Shown here: piece by piece, positions 17,560-23,430 of the stretch | How the letters are laid out: every line of letters begins with the position of its first letter | Position numbering within the stretch: position 1 is the stretch's first letter | Assembly: GCA_049599895.1 (NCBI GenBank) | Contig: JBMYPC010000043.1 | Coordinates: 1-23,430 of the forward strand | Direction: 5' to 3' | From: Bacteriovoracaceae bacterium | GTDB taxonomy: Bacteria > Bdellovibrionota > Bacteriovoracia > Bacteriovoracales > Bacteriovoracaceae | Length of the DNA stretch: 23,430 bases | The notes under the pieces: model-generated | Seen by the model: only the letters and a program-made list of their open reading frames with translations | What the model was told of the DNA's origin: nothing | The model's database searches: none | Program-made: the position numbers and the translations under genes

Positions 17560-18261
17560 ATGGACCACTCAAGAGAGATTATCTTCAAAAAAGAGACCTA
17601 TCAAGAAGTAGAGGGTCTTCATCCTCGAGTTCATGCCAAAGAGCTAGATCGAATATTTGGATATAAAATTCCAAAGATCGAAGAAAAGCTCAATCAGAAA
17701 TATAGAGTTTATTACCAAGCAAATGATGAGAGTAATAGGAAAAAGCATTTTGAAGGAACTCAAACTTGGATCGGTTTGCATCCCCAAGTCCTTCAAACTC
17801 CTTACAGTGAAATATTAGCTTGTTTTCAGTTTTTAAAAGATGAAAATGTGGAGTCAATTATCGATATTGGATCCGCCTATGGAAGAGTGGGGCTTGTCAA
17901 AAACTGTTTATTTCCAGATGCAGAGTTTCTTGGCTATGAAATTCTTAAAAAAAGAGAATGTGAAGGAAATAGAATTTTTCAAAAATATGGACTGAATAAT
18001 TGCAAGATCCTCAATGAAAATGTTCTAGATGATAACTTTGAACTCCCTGATGCTCAAGTCTATTTCATTTACGACTTTTCTGAATACAATGATATCTGCA
18101 CAATTCTCGATCTTCTTTCCTTGAAAGTCGGACGTTTGAAATTTTTCTTAATCTCCAAAGGCGAACAATTAGATTTTTTGATCAGTAAAAAATATAGAGA
18201 TTTTTGGAAGACTCATAGTTTAGTAAGTATTGGCGATTTGAAAATCTATCAACCAGGATGA
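17560..18261 (+). CDS. Class I SAM-dependent methyltransferase
   Basis: QTPYSEI...IIDIGSAYGRVGLV...FLGYE...PDAQVYFIYDF. Confidence 0.75.
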   Translation: MDHSREIIFKKETYQEVEGLHPRVHAKELDRIFGYKIPKIEEKLNQKYRVYYQANDESNRKKHFEGTQTWIGLHPQVLQTPYSEILACFQFLKDENVESIIDIGSAYGRVGLVKNCLFPDAEFLGYEILKKRECEGNRIFQKYGLNNCKILNENVLDDNFELPDAQVYFIYDFSEYNDICTILDLLSLKVGRLKFFLISKGEQLDFLISKKYRDFWKTHSLVSIGDLKIYQPG

Positions 18262-18265
18262 AAAC

Positions 18266-19306
18266 TTGAAATTGTCAGAGAAGTCTTTGCTACTATTTTT
18301 AAAGGGATCGGAAAGAGATTTTTTGAAATTAAACCCGATACAATTAGCGGACTTCTTTGTCATCTCAGCTTTTTTGTCAACAGCCACAGAATATATCAAA
18401 GAAGAAAGTTGGCTTCAGGATAAACGGAATTCACTTTCATTTGAACAAAGACTTTTGCAATTTTTAAACTGTGATTTAAAGAGTCTATCCTTTTTGAAAG
18501 AATATCTTCTATCTGAGGGAGTCGAAAAATTAAAATCTATTAAAAAGAGATCTTTCCTTGCTCAACAGAGATCTTTAGAAGTCATTAAAAAAAATAACTA
18601 TGAAAAGCAGAAAGGATTTGCAGTTCAAGCATTGCAAGTGATGTTGGAATATTTCATCGATGAGGAATATGCACAAAAAAACCAACTTCAAAGTGATGGG
18701 CATGTTGGTCCAAGATTATACCGGACATTTGATATGCTTGATGATGTTTTCAACTTTGATTACGAAGCAGAAAGAAGCCTTGAAAATAATTTTGAAACCA
18801 ATGAAAGGCTTTACCTTGGTTCTGGTGTTGGGGTCCAATCTGGTTATTCTACGATATTACTCGCTTTAAATCACATCAACCTAAAGCCTGGAAGCAGTGT
18901 GGTCGACTTAGGTTCAGGTTATGGAAGAGTTGGGCTTGTTTATAGTTTGTTACGGCCTGACTTAAACTTTTTGGGGTTTGAGTATCATCCTTATCGCGTA
19001 GGTATTGCGAATAAAGCGAGTCAAAACTTAAACCTTGATAAAAATCTAAAGTTTATAACCCAAGACTTGTCTCTCAGTTTATTTAAGATTCCAGATTCAG
19101 ATGTTTATTATCTTTATGATCCTTTCACTGACGAAAGTTATGACTATATTCTTAATCAAATTGTAGAAATTAGTAAAAGAAGAAAAGTCATAGTCATTAC
19201 AAAAGGAAATGCTCGAAACTGGTTAACAAAAGTCTCTGTTGGTAATTCTTGGCCTGAACCTCATTTAATTGATAATGGAAACCTTTGTATCTTTTGTTCT
19301 CAGTAA
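18266..19306 (+). CDS. Class I SAM-dependent methyltransferase with N-terminal extension, paralog of the upstream gene
   Basis: QSGYSTI...VVDLGSGYGRVGLV...FLGFE...PDSDVYYLYDPF; TTG start 4 nt after the upstream stop. Confidence 0.78.
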   Translation: MKLSEKSLLLFLKGSERDFLKLNPIQLADFFVISAFLSTATEYIKEESWLQDKRNSLSFEQRLLQFLNCDLKSLSFLKEYLLSEGVEKLKSIKKRSFLAQQRSLEVIKKNNYEKQKGFAVQALQVMLEYFIDEEYAQKNQLQSDGHVGPRLYRTFDMLDDVFNFDYEAERSLENNFETNERLYLGSGVGVQSGYSTILLALNHINLKPGSSVVDLGSGYGRVGLVYSLLRPDLNFLGFEYHPYRVGIANKASQNLNLDKNLKFITQDLSLSLFKIPDSDVYYLYDPFTDESYDYILNQIVEISKRRKVIVITKGNARNWLTKVSVGNSWPEPHLIDNGNLCIFCSQ

Positions 19307-19381
19307 GGTCATACATCGATTAGTCTAAAAATTGTCTTGAGAACTTCAATAAAGTTGCTTTAGGCGAGGAGAAAAGATGTC

Positions 19382-20716
19382 TTATAATGTAAAGGTAAAG
19401 CCCTTTAAAAGCATTCCTGGGAGCTTTGCTCCTCCTAAAGATCTTTGTGAATAAGTCCCTGTGGAAACCATTGTTTCTGAAAACTCTGTCACTTCCTCAA
19501 GATCATCTCCAAAAATTTGATAAAGAGTTTCATCAAACCTTAGGTCTTTAATTGGGCCAACAACTTTTCCGTTCTCAACTTTTAAACAACCAAATCGAGT
19601 CATCCCCGTGAGACGGGCGTTATTTTTATCAGACCAGTTCAGATAATGAAGATCAGAGACATAAATTCCATCTCCAAGTTTTGAGAAGATTTCATCTCTT
19701 TTAAGAGTCCCTGTTTGAATTTCAAGTGAACGTGGAGCTTCAGAGCTATCGGCTTTATTAGATTTTAACCCATATTCTTTTTCTGTTTCTTTTGAAACTA
19801 AAAGATTCTCAAGCTTGCCATTAATGACGATTGGAAGTTCATCATCTGAAACTTCTCCCCATTTGTTAAAACGGGGAGTGACTCCCATCTTAAAGTTCTC
19901 TTTCATAGAAAACTTCTTCGAGAGAAACTTTCTCTCATCCTTTAAGTCTGAGAGGGGACATTCACCTTTTTTATAGGCGCCACCACTGAGAGCATGCCAG
20001 CTAAGCATTGATGAAATCTCATTGACCGCACTTGGAGCGAGATAAACTCTGTAGCTACCAGGTTTCAGCTCAACTTGTTCAATGTCCATCACGGCAAGAG
20101 CTTCTTTTGAATTATTTAAATTAATAAGAAATTCGTCTTTACTAAAATGTGATCCAGCATAGTTTCCTTTGATGGCCTTTTCTTTAGCTGTGTAAAGAGA
20201 GTAATCAAAGAAAAAAGACTCGGTTTCAAACCAATGGTTTTGACCTAGACTATTGGCCATTGCTCTAATGACAACTCCCGAGGTGAGATACCCAGCAAGG
20301 TCAAACCCTGAAGTCGTTTCTTTAACAAGACCTATGAATTCCTCGGCACTAGGAAGCTCTCCATTAATAACGGTGTTACTTTCTTCTCCCTTTGTCGGCA
20401 TCACAATATGGGGATCGTCAGGAAGGGTTTTCACTTCACTTTGAAGTCTTTCGAGGTTGACCTTAAGAGCTTTTTCATTTTGCTCTTGGTTGAGACTTAA
20501 AGGCATGGTGAGACTTGTTGTTTTTCCATTCCAAAAGAGACTAAGTACGAGATCACCTTGCTCGACTTTCGTGCCTTGACGGACTTTACCACTATTAAAT
20601 CGAATGAAATTTGTTTCTTCTGCTGAAAGTTCTAAGCTTAGCGTTTCATCTTCGTTTAAGTTCTTAAAAAGAAGAGTAGAACTTGTATTAAATATATCTT
20701 TCCAAATTGAACTCAT
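19382..20716 (-). CDS. pmbA: TldE/PmbA family protein
   Basis: FIRFN...VRQ, PGSYRVYLAPSAV, LHYLNWSD...LTGMTRF; lacks HExxH; directly follows tldD. Confidence 0.85.
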   Translation of the reverse strand: MSSIWKDIFNTSSTLLFKNLNEDETLSLELSAEETNFIRFNSGKVRQGTKVEQGDLVLSLFWNGKTTSLTMPLSLNQEQNEKALKVNLERLQSEVKTLPDDPHIVMPTKGEESNTVINGELPSAEEFIGLVKETTSGFDLAGYLTSGVVIRAMANSLGQNHWFETESFFFDYSLYTAKEKAIKGNYAGSHFSKDEFLINLNNSKEALAVMDIEQVELKPGSYRVYLAPSAVNEISSMLSWHALSGGAYKKGECPLSDLKDERKFLSKKFSMKENFKMGVTPRFNKWGEVSDDELPIVINGKLENLLVSKETEKEYGLKSNKADSSEAPRSLEIQTGTLKRDEIFSKLGDGIYVSDLHYLNWSDKNNARLTGMTRFGCLKVENGKVVGPIKDLRFDETLYQIFGDDLEEVTEFSETMVSTGTYSQRSLGGAKLPGMLLKGFTFTL

Positions 20717-20719
20717 AAT

Positions 20720-22162
20720 TTAAGCTCCTCCAAAAACATCAATGTCTGTAAATTTGCAGGTTGGGATTGCGTGCCCAACGCGGATGATCTGATTCGGTTC
20801 ACCTTTTCCGCAATAAGGAGATCCCCAAATTTCAAAAGTCTCTTTGTTACCGACATGGCTTAAGCTATTCCAAAAAGGAACAGTTGATGAACGGTAGTTC
20901 GGGTTTTTAACAACACCTTTAATTTCACCATCTTTTATAAGCTGTCCATACTCACAACCAAATTGAAACTTGTTTCGATAATCATCAATGGACCATGAAC
21001 GGTTCGTTTGCATGAGAACGCCATTTTCAGTGGATTTAATCATTTCATCCATTGTTGATTCACCTGGCTCGATATTGATATTTCCCATACGATCAATAGG
21101 AGCGCGGTTCCAGGATGTTGCTCTCATTGTGCTGACACCTTCAAGACCGGAACGCAATTGAGATTCAATTCCACCAATTCCTCTTTTGAGAAGTCCTTTT
21201 TCAATAAGATATTCTTTAGTGGCAGGGACACCCGTATCATCAAATTTAAATGAGGCCATCTCGCCTTCAAGTGTAGGGTCAAAGGTGACATTAAGAATTT
21301 CTGGACCGTACTTTAAAGAACCAAAGTCTTCAGGTGCTACAAAACTCCATCCAGCATAATTTCTTTCATCGCCTAAGATTCGATCAAGCTCTAGAGGATG
21401 ACCAATTGATTCGTGAACTTGAAGATATAATTGATCGGGACTTAAGATGAGATCCATTTTCTCACTAGGACAATCAGGGGCATTTAAAAGTTCATGAAGT
21501 TCTTTAAGAATTCTCTGGGCAGAAGCTTTTAACTCACCTTCATCGAGAGATTCTGCACCCCATTGGCGTCCGGCCATACCTAGAGATCTTTTTTGAATAA
21601 GGTCATCTTTTTTTCCATTGGCGTACATATCTTTAGTGACCATGCCAAAGTTTTGGGACCATCTGGATCCATTGGAAGTCATATAGTTGATATGAGTATC
21701 TGTGATCATGGCCCACGCGCCGGCTTCAATGACAGCAGAGTCATCTCCTAAAAGCTTACTCACATCAATTAACCTTTCAGAAACAAGGGCTGCGTCTAAT
21801 TCAGTAAGTGGTTTTTGAAAAGATGATTGATACTCACCAGTACTTGTAGGCCTTGCCTTTAAGTCAAAGTTAGTAAGTGGATTCATTGCGGTGGCCTTGG
21901 CCATTTCAAGTGCTTTAGCACAAGCTCTTTTGACCCCTTCATTAGTGGTGTCGTTAGTCGCGCCGTAACCGATTTGACCATCAATCATCACTTCAACCAT
22001 TAGGCCTTGGTCGAGATTCGTGCTATTTTGTGCAACTTTGCCATTTCGTGCCATGCGAAATTGGGTTCCCTCTCGATAATCTCTTATGCCCCACCATTCG
22101 CAGCCGGCAAGGGAGCTTTCGAGCGTCTTTTTAAAATCTTCTAATTCGTATTGAGTAACCAT
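20720..22162 (-). CDS. tldD: TldD metalloprotease subunit
   Basis: HESIGHPLELDR (HExxGH), PIDRMGN, CGKGEP Cys ligand; ATG 22162 with AGGGGA RBS preferred over 22231. Confidence 0.9.
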   Translation of the reverse strand: MVTQYELEDFKKTLESSLAGCEWWGIRDYREGTQFRMARNGKVAQNSTNLDQGLMVEVMIDGQIGYGATNDTTNEGVKRACAKALEMAKATAMNPLTNFDLKARPTSTGEYQSSFQKPLTELDAALVSERLIDVSKLLGDDSAVIEAGAWAMITDTHINYMTSNGSRWSQNFGMVTKDMYANGKKDDLIQKRSLGMAGRQWGAESLDEGELKASAQRILKELHELLNAPDCPSEKMDLILSPDQLYLQVHESIGHPLELDRILGDERNYAGWSFVAPEDFGSLKYGPEILNVTFDPTLEGEMASFKFDDTGVPATKEYLIEKGLLKRGIGGIESQLRSGLEGVSTMRATSWNRAPIDRMGNINIEPGESTMDEMIKSTENGVLMQTNRSWSIDDYRNKFQFGCEYGQLIKDGEIKGVVKNPNYRSSTVPFWNSLSHVGNKETFEIWGSPYCGKGEPNQIIRVGHAIPTCKFTDIDVFGGA

Positions 22163-22350
22163 AGATTCCCCTAATTTTATCCAACTAGCATAGACTGATC
22201 TTCGCAAAAGGTACATTGTCTCTGTTATCATCAGGAGACATTTTTGCCGCTTTCATCTGATGTACAGGTCTTTCCTAGGTATTTCTTTACCTCATGACTA
22301 ATTTATTCGGATTATTTAAACTCCCATTTTTATTCACCGAATGGAATAAT

Positions 22351-22920
22351 ATGAGACTATTTGCTTTCATCATATTAGTTCCATTTTTAATTGGATGTGC
22401 CACGACACCCCCTAGGAATAAGAACAATGCCTGTATGATTCTTATGGAAAAAGATGAGTGGGTTGAACCGTTAGTTAAAGCATCAAGAACATGGGGAATT
22501 CCTAAGCACACGATTCTTTCTATTATTTACCATGAGTCCAAATTTATTTCCGATGCCAAACCCCCCAAAAGAAGATTTTTAGGAATGAGGTTCTTTGGAA
22601 GGAGAATTTCATCAGCCTATGGTTATTCCCAAGCCTTAGAAGGCACTTGGGAAGACTATAAAAGAAATACGGGTAATAGTTTTGCCAGTAGAACGAACTT
22701 CGCTGATTCAGTGGATTTTATCGGTTGGTATTTAAACCGAGCAGTGAGGATCTTAGGAATATCACCAGTCAATGCTTATGAACTTTATCTTTCTTATCAT
22801 CAAGGAATCGCAGGTTTTAAGAAAAAAAGCTATCTTCGAAAACCAAGGATTCAAAACTATGCTCGTGGCGTTCAGAAGACGGCCTTGATTTATAAAGCCC
22901 AGATTAAATCTTGCTCATAA
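22351..22920 (+). CDS. Transglycosylase SLT-like lipoprotein (COG4764-type)
   Basis: MRLFAFIILVPFLIG-C lipobox; HESKF catalytic Glu; SSAYGYSQAL, DFIGWY, LYLSYHQG. Confidence 0.82.
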   Translation: MRLFAFIILVPFLIGCATTPPRNKNNACMILMEKDEWVEPLVKASRTWGIPKHTILSIIYHESKFISDAKPPKRRFLGMRFFGRRISSAYGYSQALEGTWEDYKRNTGNSFASRTNFADSVDFIGWYLNRAVRILGISPVNAYELYLSYHQGIAGFKKKSYLRKPRIQNYARGVQKTALIYKAQIKSCS

Positions 22921-22945
22921 CTTCATCATTTGCCATAATTTTAGA

Positions 22946-23430
22946 GTGAAAATTATTGAACCAAGACCAACCTGTTACAAATGTTATAGGCCTAAGAAAG
23001 CCTGTTTTTGTGAATCAATAGAACCTTTAAAAACCACATTTGAATTTCGAATATTAATCCACCCTAAGGAAGCGAGAGTTGGTCATGTAGGGACGGGGAG
23101 AGTCGCCAATCAGGCCCTTTTGAACTCAAAGATTATCATTGATGCAACTTTTGATAATAATAAAGAGGTTCAAGAAATTTTGAATTCAGATGAGTTTTTT
23201 CCCATGGTTCTATACCCTGGTGAGAACTCTCATAATATCTCTCATGATAGCTTTCCAGAGAGTTACTTTGAAGGAAAAACGCCTCTGATTTTTATTATTG
23301 ATGGAACTTGGCCCTGTGCTAAGTCGATGATGAGAGACAGTAAATGCCTTCATGGTCTTCCTCGAATCAGCTTTGATTCAAGTGTTGAGTCTAAGTATTC
23401 AATTCGTCATCAACCGGCGAAGTATTGTTT
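22946..23430 (+). CDS. DTW-domain protein (tRNA-uridine aminocarboxypropyltransferase, TapT/YfiP family), 3'-truncated by the window edge; not in the ORF track
   Basis: GTG start; RPTCYKCYRPKKACFC, LIHPKE, GTGR, VLYPG, IIDGTWPCAK. Confidence 0.88.
   Translation, partial: MKIIEPRPTCYKCYRPKKACFCESIEPLKTTFEFRILIHPKEARVGHVGTGRVANQALLNSKIIIDATFDNNKEVQEILNSDEFFPMVLYPGENSHNISHDSFPESYFEGKTPLIFIIDGTWPCAKSMMRDSKCLHGLPRISFDSSVESKYSIRHQPAKYC

Noticed and set aside
17321..17572. 84-codon N-terminal extension of the RRM ORF in the track
   Set aside because: A strong RBS precedes GTG 17320; the extension spans the divergent promoter region and overlaps the next gene's start.
19382..22162. TldD/E plus the radical SAM protein as a RiPP (microcin-type) pathway
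   Set aside because: They are 17 kb apart, with no precursor peptide, YcaO or transporter; tldD/pmbA pairs are widespread housekeeping proteases.
1..23430. CRISPR array, tRNA/rRNA genes, prophage or defence genes
   Set aside because: No regularly spaced direct repeats, cloverleaf-like sequences or recognisable phage/defence proteins seen.

Overview
AT-rich bacterial chromosomal window. The gene mix (RRM proteins, CheV, COG4764-type lipoprotein) suggests Bdellovibrionota/Bacteriovoracaceae, but this is inference only. Left to right: (1) the end of a glycan-modification cluster (glycosyltransferase, radical SAM+TPR protein, NDP-sugar epimerase) and a small secreted protein; (2) a ~10 kb oxygen/peroxide block with a lipoprotein-type catalase-peroxidase (katG) behind an OxyR-type box, a pseudoazurin, oxyR, and a minimal chemosensory operon (a protein with two degenerate chemoreceptor tips, an ODP-type di-iron MBL-fold sensor, a ~144 aa tip-only MCP, CheA, a CxxC-containing CheW and CheV; no CheB/R/Y) preceded by two sigma28-like promoters; (3) housekeeping-type genes: two RRM proteins, a cold-shock protein, a flavin oxidoreductase, two tandem paralogous SAM methyltransferases, tldD/pmbA, an SLT-like lipoprotein and a truncated DTW-domain gene. 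The main feature absent from the ORF track is a ~139 bp, ~94% identical inverted repeat pair (4108-4245 and 13938-14076) that brackets the katG-oxyR-chemosensory block.
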